Assembly (NCBI RefSeq): GCF_044704955.1 | Contig: NW_027252889.1 | Span: forward strand, 310,001-374,000 | Direction of reading: 5' to 3' | DNA: 64,000 nt | Source: Pristiophorus japonicus | Lineage: Eukaryota | Shown: positions 1-11,702 of the stretch, piece after piece | Layout: the number at the start of each line of letters is the position of its first letter | How positions within the stretch are numbered: the first letter of the stretch is position 1 | Notes under the pieces: generated by a model | What the model was told of the DNA's origin: nothing | Databases searched by the model: none | Seen by the model: only the letters and a program-made list of their open reading frames with translations | Made by a program: the position numbers and the translations under genes

Positions 1-580
1 AGAGACCTCAAATCGCTGGAGAAATACCACCAACGATGTCTCCGCAAGATCCTGCAAATCTCCTGGGAGGACAGACGCACCAACATCAGTGTTGTCAATC
101 AGGCCAGCTTCGAAGCACTGACCACATTCGACCAGCTCCATTGGGCAGGCCACATTGTCCGCATGTCCGACACAAGACTCCCAAAGCAAGCGTTGTACTC
201 TGAACTCCGACACAGCAAGTGAGCCCCAGGTGGGCAGAGGAAACATTTCAAGGGCACCCTCAAAGCCTCCTTGATAAAGTGCAACATCCCCACTGACACC
301 TGGGAATCCCTGGGCAAAGATTGCCTTAAGTGGAGGAAGAGCATCCGGAAGGGCGTTGAGCACCTCGAGTCTCGTCACCGAGAGTGTGCAGAAAACAAGC
401 GCAGGCAGCGGAAGGAGCGTGCGGCAAACCAGTCCCACCCACCCTTTCCTTCAATGTCTGTCTGTCCCACCTGTGACAGAGACTGTAATTCCCCTATTGG
501 ACTGTTCAGTCACCTGAGAACTCACTTCTAGAGTGGAAGCAAGTCTTCCTCGATTTTGAGGGACTGCCTATGATGATGAT
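1..580 (+). mobile_element. RTE-clade LINE 3' end (ORF C-terminus with C2H2-like finger and 3' tail)
   Basis: ORF 271-531 ends CPTCDRDCNSPIGLFSHLRTH; tail gtggaagcaagtc...gagggactgcctatgatgatgat; same family occurs inverted at the window's right end. Confidence 0.85.
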
Positions 581-744
581 ATTGCCTGTTTTGAACAAAA
601 TTAAAAACAGTTATCTGCAGTAATCTAGTGTAAAATGTGACAATTCAGACATTGAGTTTATCCCGGGCATATCTGAGCCATACAGCCATAACTACACTAA
701 ATCTAACTGAATTATGATCACTAACACCAAAATGCTCTCCCACT

Positions 745-1190
745 GATACCCCTACCATCTGTCCAGCATCATTCCATAAAACTAAGACCAGAACCGCCCC
801 TCTCTTGTTGGGCTTGCTACGACTGACTAAAAACGTTCTGCTGAATGCATTTTATGAATTCTGCACCCTCTGTACGTTTTACACTGATTCTATCCCAGTT
901 CATGTTAGGGTAGTTGAAATCCCCTATTGTTTTTGCACTTCTCAAAAATGTGCTTATATTTGCTCTTGTATCTTCCTCTGACGATTTGGGGGTCTATAGT
1001 ACACTCCCAGCAGTGTGATTGCCCCTTTTTTGTTCTTCAGTTCAACCCATAAGGCCTCATTTGATGATCTTTCTAACGTATTATCCCTCCTCACAGCTGT
1101 AATTGTTTCCAATATTGCGAGTACCCCTTCCATTTTTTATCCCCCTCTCTATCTCGTCTGAAAATCCTGTAACCAGGAATGTTTTGCTGC
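745..1190 (-). mobile_element. CR1 LINE endonuclease-region fragment (degraded)
   Basis: Minus-strand NIPGYRIFRRDREG motif; resembles the EN region of other CR1 copies here. Confidence 0.65.
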
Positions 1191-1192
1191 CA

Positions 1193-4100
1193 TTCGTGGC
1201 AAGTAGAATCAGGGACAACCCAAAGATGTTTTATAAATACATTAAGAGCATGAGGATAACTAGAAAAGGAGTGGGGCCTATTAGATACCATAAAGTAAAT
1301 CTGTGTGTGGAGGCAGAAGATGTGGGTATGATTCTTAATGAATATTTTGCATCTGTTTTCACAAAAGAGAGGAGCGATGAAGACTTTGCAATGAAGGAGG
1401 AGGAGTGTGAAATATTAGATGAGATAGACATTGTGAGAAAGGAAGTATTAAGGGGCTTAACAACTTTGAAAGGGGATAAATCCCCAGGCCCGGATGAAAT
1501 GTATCCCTGTTAAGAGAAGCAAAAGAAGAAATAGCAGAGGCTCTGACCATCATTTTCCAATCCTCTCTGGCTACAGGTGTGGTACCAGAGGACTGGAGGA
1601 TTGCTGATGTTGTACCTTTGTTTAAAAAGGGAGAAATGGATAGACCAAGTAATTACAGGCCAGTCAGTCTTAACTCAGTGTTGGGAAAAATCCTGAGGGA
1701 CATGATAAATCTTCATTTGGAAAGACAGGGATTAATCAAGGATAGTCAGCACGGATTGGTTAAGGGAAGGTCATGTCTGACTTACTTGATTGAATTTTTT
1801 GAGGAGGTAACGAGGAGGGTCAAAGAGGACAGAGTGTATGATGTAGTGTATATGGATTTTAGCAAAGTTTTTGATAAGATCCCACATGACAGACTGGTCA
1901 CGAAAGTAAAAGCCCATGGGATCCAGGGCAAAGTGGCAAGTTGGATCCAAAATTGGCTCATAGGCAGGAAGCAATGGGTAATGGTTGATGGGTGTTTTTG
2001 TGCCTGGAAGGCTGTATCCAGTAGGGGTCCGCAGGGCTCAGTGCTGGGTCCCTTGCTTTTTGTGGTATATATCAATGACTTGGTCTTGAATGTTGGGGGT
2101 ATGATTAAGAGGTTTGTAGATGACACTAAAATAGGCTGTGTGGTTGATAATGAAGAAGCAAGCTGCGGATTGCAAGGCGATATCAATGTACTGGTCAGGC
2201 GGTTGGAACAGTGGAAAATGGATTCAATCCGGATAAGTGTGAGGTAATGCATTTGGGGAGGTCTAACAAGGCAAGGGAATACACAGTAACTGGTACGACA
2301 CTGAAAAGTGTAGAGGAACAAAGGGACCTTGGAATGCAGGTCCACAGATCCCTAAAGGTAGTAGGCCAGGTAGATAAGGTGGTTAAGAAGACAGAGAGAA
2401 TATTTGCCCTTGTTAGTCGAGGCATGGAATACAAGAGCTAGGAGGTTATGCTTGAACTGTAAAAGCACAGGTTAGGCCGCAGCTGGAGTACTGTGTGCAG
2501 TTCTGTCACCCCATTACAGGAAAGGAGGGTAGCTAATGTTACACCACTTTTTACAAAAGGAGAGAGAGAGAGAAAACGGGTAATTATAGACCAGTTAGCC
2601 TGACATCAGTAGTGGGGAAAATTTTGAATCAATTATTAAAGATGAAATAGCAGCGCATTTGGAAAGTAGTGACAGGATCGGGCCAAGTCAGCATTGATTT
2701 ATGAAAGGGAAATCATACTTGACAAATCTTCTGGAATTTTTTGAGGATGTAACTAGTAGAGTGGAGAAGGGAGAACCAGTGGATGTGGTGTATTTGGACT
2801 TTCAAAAGGCTTTTGACAAGGTCCCATACAAGAGATTGGTGTGCAAAATTAGAGCAAATGGTATTGGGATAATGTATTAACGTGGATAGAGAACTGGTTG
2901 GCAGACATAAAGCAGAGAGTCGGGTTAAACGGATCCTTTTCTGAATGGCAGGCAGTGACTAGTGGGGTGCCGCAGGGCTCAGTGCTGGGACCCCAGCTAT
3001 TTACAATATATATAAATGATTTACATGAAGGAATTGAGAGTAATATCTTCAAGTTTGCAGATGACACTAAGCTGGGTGGCGGTGTGAGCTGTGAGGAGCA
3101 TGCTAAGAGGCTGCAGGGTGACTTGGACAGGTTAGGTGAGTGGGAAAATGCATGGCAGATGCAGTATAATGTGGATAAATGTGAGGTTAGCCACTTTGGT
3201 GGCAAAAACATGAAGGCAGAATATTATCTGAATGGCGGCAGATTAGGAAAAGGTGCAACGAGACTTGGGTGTCATGGTACATCAGTCATTGAAAGTTGGC
3301 ATGCAGGTACAGCAGGTGGTGAAGAAGGCAAATGACATGTTGGCTTTCATAGCGAGGGGATTTGAGTATAGGAGCAGGGAGGTCTTACTGCAGTTGTACA
3401 GGGCCTTGGTGAGGCCTCACCTAGAATATTGTGTTCAGTTTTGGTCTCCTAATCTGAGGAAGGATGTTCTTGCTATTGAGGGAGTGGAGCGAAGGTTCAC
3501 CAGACTGATTCCTGGGATGGCAGGACTGACATGAGGAGAGACTGGATCGACTGGGCCTCTATTCACTGGAGTTTAGAAGGATGAGAGGAGATCTCATAGA
3601 AACATATAAAATTCTGACGGGACTGGACAGGTTAGATGCAGGAAGAATGTTCCCGATGCTGGGGGAGTCCAGAACCAGGGGTCACAGTAAGGATAAGGGG
3701 TAAGCCATTTAGGACCGAGATGAGGAGAAATCTGTTCACTCAGAGAGTTGTTAACCTGTGGAATTCTCTACCACACAGAATTGTTGATGCCAGTTCGTTA
3801 GATATATTCAAGAGGGAGTTGGCCCTTACGGCTAAAGGGATCAAGGGATATGGAGAGAAAGCAGGAAAGGGGTACTGAGGTGAATGATCAGCCATGATCT
3901 TTTTGAATGGTGATGCAGGCTGGAAGGGCCAAGTGGCCTACTCCTGCACCTATTTTCTATGTTTCTATGAAAGATGTGATTGCACTGGAAAGGGTGCAGA
4001 GGAGATTTACAAGAATGTTGCCTGGGCTGGAGAATTTTGGCTTTGAGGAAAAATTGGAGATGCTGGGTCTGTTTTCTTTGGAACAGAGGAGGCTGAGGGG

Positions 4101-4479
4101 AGACCTGATTGAGGTGTATAAAATTATGAAGGACCTAGATAGAATAGATAGGAAGGACCTGTTTCCCTTTGCAGAGGGGTTAACAACCAGGGGACATAGA
4201 TTTAAAGTAATTGGGAGGAGGTTTAGAGGAGATATTAGGGGAAATGTCTTTACCCAGAGGGTAGTGGGAATCTGAAACTCTCTGCCTGAAAGGGTGGTAG
4301 AGGCAGGAACCCTCACCACATTTAAAAATACTTGGATGTGCACTTAAAGTGCCGTAACCTACAGGGCTACGTTCCAAGAGCTGGAAAGTGGGGTTAGGCT
4401 GGATAGCTCTTGGTCGGCCGGTGCGGACACGATGGGCCAAAATAACCTCCTTCCATGCTGTAAATTTCTATGATTCTAT
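1193..4479 (+). mobile_element. CR1 LINE (5'-truncated, degraded), split by a second CR1 at about 2525-3969
   Basis: ORF2 pieces KSPGPD, NYRPVSL, GPQGSVLGP, FVDDTK; coding resumes at about 3970 (KDVIALERVQRR); tail ttctatgattctat. Confidence 0.9.
2525..3969 (+). mobile_element. CR1 LINE (nested, RT to 3' tail)
   Basis: GVPQGSVLGP, FADDTK, RPHLEYC motifs; (TTTCTATG)n tail. Confidence 0.9.
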
Positions 4480-4921
4480 ACGTAGCTTTCCCTTGATTAT
4501 TATGGTCTGTTTTCCCAGAATTAATGTGACATAGCTCTTGTTGGAAAACATCAGAGCCAATAATTTACTTAACCCTTGAAACCAATGGAAAATGTTGAAT
4601 CAGAAAATGAAATGTGCTGGCTACTTTTAACCTGGTTACAATACTCAGTGTGAACAAAGGAGAGGATTTGTGTGTGTGCGGCTGTGGGTGTTAATGATTT
4701 AGTAAAAGCTGTTCATCACCACACAACATTCAATCCATCACCGTACTGGGCTACTGATGGCCCGTTACCACACTGGGCTCATTGCTCTCGGTCTATTCCA
4801 GGCAGTGTTGCTGCTATGGATCCATTTTAGGTGAAGGTTTCCCACAGTTTCACCATTTATACAAAAAGTGACAGATATCACACGCTTTGCCTCTACCCTT
4901 GTCAGTGTGAGAGAAACATAC

Positions 4922-4964
4922 CTTTAAGCTCACTGTATATGGACTGATCCGATTCCTTCATTGC
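4922..4964 (-). pseudogene. Candidate cytoplasmic-tail exon, AMKESDQSIYSELK, with an ITIM-like SxYxxL motif
   Basis: Minus strand: ctctgttccctgtcag| 43 nt |gtatgt, a strong acceptor and donor; open frame with SIYSEL; lies in unique DNA downstream of the V exons. Confidence 0.45.
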
Positions 4965-4989
4965 CTGACAGGGAACAGAGCAATGATAG

Positions 4990-7760
4990 TAACATAGAAA
5001 ACAGGTGCAGGAGTAGGCCATTCGGCCCTTCGAGCCTGCACCACCATTCAATAAGATCTTGGCTGATCATTCACCTCAGTGCCCCTTTCCTGCTTTCTCT
5101 CCATATCCCTTGACCCCTTTAGCAGTTAGGGCCATATCTAACTCCCTCTTGAATATATCTAACGAACTGGCATCAACAACTCTCTGTGGTAGAGAATTCC
5201 ACAGGTTAACAACTCTCTGAGTGAAGAAGTTTCTCCTCATCTCGGTCCTAAATGGCTTACCCCTTATCCTTAGACTGTGACCCCTGGTTCTGGACTTCCC
5301 CAACATTGGGAACATTCTTCCTGCATCTAACCTGACTAGTCCCGTCAGAATTTTATATGTCTCTATGAGATTCTCCCTTCATTCTTCTGGATCCCGGGAA
5401 TCAGTCTGGTGACCCTTCGCTGCACTTCCTCAATAGCAAGCACGTCCTTCCTCAAATTAGGAGACCAAAACTGCACACAATACTCAAGGTGTGGTCTCAC
5501 CAAGGTCCTGTACAACTGCAGCAAGACCTCCCTGCTCCTATACTCAAATCCCCTTGCTATGAAGACCAGCATGCCATTTGCTTTCTTTGCTGTCTGCTGT
5601 ACCTGCTTGCCTAACTTCAAAGACTGATGTACCATGAGACCCAGGTCTCGTTGTACCTCCTCTTTTACTAATCTGTCACCATTCAGATAATAATCTACCT
5701 TCCTGTTTTTGCCACCAAAGTGGATAACCTCACATTTATCCACATTATACTACATTTGCCCATTCACCTAACCTGTCCAAGTCCCCTGCAGCCTCTTAGC
5801 ATCCTCTTCGCAGCTCGCTCTGCCACCCATCTTAGTGTCATCTGCAAACTTGGAGATATTACATTCAATTCCTTCGTCTAAATCATTAATGTATATTGTA
5901 AATAGCTGGGGTCCCAGCATTGAACCCTGCAGCACCCCACGAGTCACTGCCTGCCATTCTGAAAAGGACCCGTTTATTCCCACTCTTTGCATCCTGTCTG
6001 CCAACTATTTCTCTATCCACGTCAATACATTACCCCCAATACCATGTGCCTTAATTTTGCACACTAATCTATTGTGTGGGACATTGTCAAAAGCCTTTTG
6101 AAAGTCCAAATACATCACATCCACTTATTCTCCCTTATCCACTCTACTAGTTACATCCTCAAGAAGCTCTAGAAGATTTGTCAAACTTGATTTCCCGTTC
6201 ATAAATCCATGCTGACTTAGACCGATCCTGTCACTGCTTTCCAAATGTGCTGCTATTTCATCTTTAATAATTGATTCCAACATTTTCCCCACCACCGATG
6301 TCAGGCTAACTAGTCGAAAATTCCCTGTTTTCTCTCCCTCCTTCTTTAAAAAGTGGTGTTACATTAGCTACCCTCCAATCCATAGCAACTGAATCAGAGT
6401 CCATGGAATGTTGGAAAATGACCACCAATGCATCTTCTATTTCTAAAGCCACTTCCTTAAGTACTCTGGAGTGCAGACAATCAGGACCTGGGGATTTATT
6501 GGCCTTCAATCCCTTCAATTTCCCTAACACCATTTCCTGACTAATAAGGATTTTCTCGCTAGACCCTCGGTCCCATAGTATTTTCGGGAGGTTATTTGTG
6601 TCTTCCTTAGTGAAGACAGAAACAAAGTATTTTTTCAATTGGTCTGCCATTTCCTTGTCCCCCATTATGGATTCCCCTGATTCTGACTGCAAGAGACCTA
6701 CATTAGTCTTCACTAATATTTTTCTCTTCACATATCTGTAGATGCTTTTGCAGTCAGTTTTTATGTTCCCTGCAAGCTTACTCTCATACCCTATTTTCCC
6801 CCTCCTAATTAAACCCTTAGTCCTCCTCTGCTGAATATTAAATTTCTCCCAGTCCTCAGGTTTGCTGCTTTTTCTGGCCAATTTATATGCCTCTTCCTTG
6901 GATTTAACACTTTCCCTAATTTCCCTTGTTAGCCACGGCTGAGCCACCTTCCCTTTATTTTTACGCCACACTGGGATGTACAATTGTTGTAGTTCATCCA
7001 TGTGATCTTTAAATGTCTGCCATTGCCTATCCACCGTCAACCCTTTAAGTATCAGTTGCCAGTCCATCCTAGCCAATTCACATCTCATACCGTCGAAGTT
7101 TCCTTTCTTTAAGTTCAGGACCCTAGTCTCTGAATTAACTGTGTCACTCTCCATCTTAATGAAGAATTCTACCATATTATGGTCACTCTTCCCCAAGGGG
7201 CCTCACACGACCAGATTGCTAATTAATCCTCTCTCATTACACAAAATCCAGTCTAGGATGGCCTGCTCTCTCATTGGTTCCTCAACATATTGTTCTCGAA
7301 AACCGTCCCTTATACACTCCAGGAAATCCTCCTCCACAGTATTGCTACCAGTTTGGTTAGCCCAATCAATATGTAGATTAAATTCACCCATGATAACTGC
7401 TGTAACCTTATTGCACGCGTCCCTAATTTCCTGTTTGATGCCATCCCCAACCCCCATACTACTGTTTGATGGCCTGTACACAACTCCCACGAACGTTTTC
7501 TGCCCTTTGGTTCTTCGCAGCTCCACCATATAGATTCCACATCATCCACGTTAATGTCCTTCCTTACGATTGCGTTAATCTCCTCTTTAACCAGTAACGC
7601 TACCCCACCTCCTTTTCCTTCCTGTCTATCCTTCCTGAATATTGAATACCCCTGGATATTGAGTTCCCAGCCTTGGTCAGCCTGGAGTATGTCTCCGTAA
7701 TCTCAATTACATCATATCCATTAATATCTATCTGCGCAGTTAATTCGTCCACCTTATTGC
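4990..7760 (-). mobile_element. CR1 LINE (EN+RT, frameshifted, small internal deletion)
   Basis: Minus ORFs with VGVVYRP, GKSDHN, KSPGPD, FADDTK, RPHLEYC; tail at about 4990. Confidence 0.92.
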
Positions 7761-7869
7761 ATTAAGTTTACCAGCGGTTTTTGTGATATTAATCAGATAC
7801 TGATCAATAAATCCATGTGTAAGAGGTTATTCCTTCTATTCAGGTTAATATAATGCAAACTGTATTTAC

Positions 7870-8212
7870 TGGTTACATTGAGCTGGGTTCCGCTCCCGCT
7901 GATATCGCCCCACATTTTACAGTAATAGGCGGCAGTGTCACTGGGCTGCACGTCTGTGACTGTCAGAATGAAGCTGTTATTGGAGGTGAGTCTGGAAGGC
8001 TGGAGATGGTCAGTGGAACCTGGGCTCCCTCGTGTGCTGCCACTTGCCTCGTGTTAAAACCCACTCCGTATCTGGCCCCGGTAGTTGCCGGTACCAGTGG
8101 ACATCGGTGTCGCTCACTCTGGCGTTCCACATGGTGCACTGTAACCGCGCCGTGTGACCCTCTGTGACACGTTTTAGGCTTGGAGACTGGGTCAGGACAG
8201 GGACAACTGCAC
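7870..8212 (-). pseudogene. Germline-joined VJ-type Ig V-set exon (V1), frameshifted
   Basis: Missed by the ORF track. ttaaag|GAVVPVLTQSPSLKRVTEGHTARLQCTMWNARVSDTDVHWYRQLPGPDTEWVL / HEASGSTRGSPGSTDHLQPSRLTSNNSFILTVTDVQPSDTAAYYCKMWGDISGSGTQLNVT|gtaaat. Canonical C, W, DxAxYYC and GxGTxLxV; 343 nt, with a frameshift near 8052 (probably a 2-nt loss). Confidence 0.92.
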
Positions 8213-8559
8213 CTTTAATGGGAAAATATCAATCACTTAAAAACCGGTCTGAAGGTTACAAAGTGTCCCCGGTATTTAAAGGGCCAGTCCAGGCAGTACA
8301 AGTTAGACGGAGATCAAAGATTGCAATCCTGGAGCAGTGCGATTTGTCAGTTACTGATTCCGATCCAAAATGTGGAAAACCTGTGTTGTGAACCCTGCCT
8401 TTTATTTGAACAAGTTCACCAATAGAAGAGAAGGTTCTTTTTCTTTTCATTCACCGGCTGGCGTGGGCACGGGTACAATGGGCCGAATCAGTGTCCTTTG
8501 GTGCTGTCTGATTCTATCATGGAAACTGGTAAAGGGAGACCTGGGGAGGGACCTGGTAT

Positions 8560-9565
8560 TGATATAGCGCCTTTAATGCAGTAAAAGGTCCCAAGGTGCT
8601 TCACAGGAGTGTTATTAGACAAAAGATGGTTCCTTCAAGCTGCGAGGAACCATCAGCGGAAGGTCGGGGCTTTAAAAGGAGGAGCAGCATGGCGGCATAC
8701 CACTGCAAGGTACAGCGCGAGCCAGTCAGGGAGGGCAACGACTGTGAAGAGGGCGACTGGAATGGACATCCTCATAATGCAGGTCGGTGATTGGAGCGTG
8801 GGCAGGTACAGCAGGAGCGATGAGGTGCGAAGTAGTGGCGAGGGATTGCAGACCAACGTGATCGGGGCCCAGGAGAGGTATGAGTTCGGGGACCAGAAGA
8901 GGCGAGGGCCCAGGGGCACACGGGCCAGCCCACACTGCAATATGTGTGTGCAGTAGATCCGTGCAGCAGAGCTGGTTTCCAGTCGTCAAGGTTAATCCTT
9001 GCCACTGGACCAAGACCTAGCTCTGTCAAGCCCGTGTGGTGGTTGGTGTGCAACGGTCACCACACGTTAAAAAAATCCACACTCTGGCATCATCCATCCT
9101 TCAATCTGCAGTTCGGGACTTGGAATAGCCAGTCCTTCATTGAAACACATGTGAACTCATCCCTTTTTGGTGGAAGCAAGTCATACTCGATACAAGGGAC
9201 CGCCGAAGAGAAGATAAGACAAAAAATTTGATACCAAGACACATGACACAAATGGTCAAAGAAGTAGGTTTTAAGGGGCGTCTTATCGGAGAAAAGAGAG
9301 TCGAGAGGATTAGCAAGGAATTCCAGAGCATAGGGAGCTGGAGGCACGGCCGCCAGTGGTTGAGTAATTATAGTCGGGGGTGCTGAACAGGCCAGAATTA
9401 GTGGAGCGCAGACATCTCTTTGGCGGGGGGTCATGGGGCTGGAGGAGATTACAGAGAGTGTAAAGATCGAGGCCATGGAGGGATTTGAAAACCAGGATGA
9501 GCATTTTTAAAATCGAGGCGTTGCTTAACCGGGAGCCAATGTAGGTCAGCGATCACAGGGGAGAT
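8560..9565 (-). mobile_element. L2-like LINE 3' end, interrupted by an RTE-tailed SINE-like element
   Basis: Minus-strand ISPVIADLHWLPVKQRLDFK...FKSLHGL, typical of L2 ORF2 C-termini. Confidence 0.65.
8625..9213 (+). mobile_element. Non-autonomous RTE-tailed SINE-like element, copy 1
   Basis: 3' end gtggaagcaagtcat..cgat..agggacc matches the RTE tail at about 534-575; flanked by an agacaaaa duplication; homologous copies at 17819-18690 and 62915-63175. Confidence 0.7.
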
Positions 9566-11702
9566 GGGTTTACAGGACTTGGAAAGTTTACAGCACACAA
9601 GCGACCTATTCGGCCCATCGTGTCCATGCCGGACGACAAAGCTATCCAGCCTAATCCCACTTTCCAGCTCTTGGTCCATAGCCTTGTATGTTACGGCATT
9701 TCAAGTGCATATCCAAGTACTTTTTAAATGTGGTGAAGGTTTCTGTCTCTACCACCCTGTCAGGCAGTGAGGGGATAAGGGGTTATGGGGAGCGGGTGGG
9801 GAAGTGGAGCTGAGTCCATAATCAGATCAGCCATGATCTTATTGAATGGCGGAGCAGGCTCGAGGGGCCGTATGGCCTACACCTGTTCCTATTTCTTATG
9901 TTCTTATAGACCCCCACCACCCTCTGGGTGAAAAAAATTCTCCTCAAATCCCCTCTAAACCTCTTACCAATTACTTTAAATCTATGCCCCCTGGTTGATG
10001 ACCCCTCTGCCGATGGAAATAGGTCATTCCTATCCACTCTATCTAGGCCCCACATAATTTTATACACCTCAATTAGGTCTCTCCTCAGCCTCCTATGTTC
10101 CAAAGAAAACAACCCCAGCCTATCCAATCATTCATTAAGGCTAAAATTCTCCAGTCCAGGCAAAATCCTCGTAAATCTCCTCTATACCCTCTCTAGTGCA
10201 ATTACATCTTTTCCTGTAATGTGGTGACCAGAACTGCAAACAGTACTCTATCTGTGGCTTAGCTAGTGTTTTATACCATTTAAGCATAACCTCCCGGCTC
10301 TTATATTCTATGTCTTGGCTAATAAAGGCAAGTATCCCATATGCCTTCTTATCCACCTTATATACCTGTCCTGCTACCTTCAGGGAGCTGTGGATACAAG
10401 AACATAAGACATTTGAGCCGTTCTAGGCCATATGGCACCTCGAGCCTGCTCCGCCATTCAATAAGATCGTGGCTGATCTGATCTTGGCCTCCACTCCACT
10501 TTCCTTCCTGTTCCCCATAACCCTTGACTCCCCTATAGTTCAAGAATCTGTCTATCTCAGCCTTGAATATCTTCACTGACAGCCTCCACATCTCTCTGGG
10601 GTAGAGAATTCCAAAGATTCATGACCCTCAGTGAAGAAATTACTCATCACCTCCGTCTTAAATGGACGATCCCTTATTCTGAAACTATGTGCCCTAGTTC
10701 TAGATTCCCCCATGAGGAGAAACATCCTCTCAGCATCTGCCCTGTCAAGCCCCCTCAGAATCTTATATGTTTCAATAAGATCACCTCTCATTCTTCTAAA
10801 GTCCAAAGAGTACAGGCCCAACCTGCTCAACCTTTCCTCATAACATGCCTTCATCCCAGTAATCAACCTAGTGAACCTTCTCTGAACTGCCTCCAATGCA
10901 ACTATATCCCTCCTTAAATAAGGAGACCAAAATAGCACGCAGTACTCCAAGTTTGGTCTCACCAATGCCCTGTACAGTTGCTGCAAGACTTCCCTACATT
11001 TATACTCCATCCCCCTTGCCATAAAGGCCAACATTCCATTTGCCCTCCTAATTACTTGCTACTTGAATGTTAACTTTTTGTGTTACATGTACCCCCTGCA
11101 ACACAGAATTCTGTAGTCTCTCTCCATTCAAATAATATTTTGCTTTTCTGTTCTTCCTATCAAATTGGATAACCTCACATTTTCCCACATTATACTCCAT
11201 CTGCCAAATGTTTTCCCACTCAGTTAACCTATCTATATCCCTTTGCAGACTCTGAGTCCTCCTCACAACTTGATTTCCCACCTATCATTGTATTGTCGGC
11301 AAATTTGGCTGTAATACTCTGTCCCTTCACCCAAGTCATTAATATAGATTAAAATAGATTGTAAATAGTTGAGGCTCCAGCACTGATCGCTGTGGCACCC
11401 CACTAGTTACAGTTTGCCAACTTGAAAATGGCCCATTTATCTCGACTCTCTGTTTTCTGTTAGTTAGTTAATCCTCTACATGCTTATATATTACCCCCCA
11501 ACACCATGAGCTCTTATCTTGTGTAATAACCTTTTATGTGGCATCTTATCGAATGCCTTCACGAAATCCAAGTACACAACATCCACTGGTTCTCCTTTAC
11601 CCACCCTGCTTGTTACATCCTCAAAGAACAATAATAAATTTGTCAAAAATGATTTCCCTTTCATAAAACCATGTTGAATCTACTTGATTGTATTATTATT
11701 TT

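Noticed and set aside
4843-4869. RSS-like CACAGTT-11-ACAAAAAGT
   Set aside because: Imperfect heptamer, spacer and nonamer; no adjacent coding segment; expected by chance.
7776-7784. Perfect RSS nonamer (GGTTTTTGT) near the 3' end of V1
   Set aside because: No heptamer at 12 or 23 nt, about 85 nt from the exon end, and V1 already contains its J-like strand.
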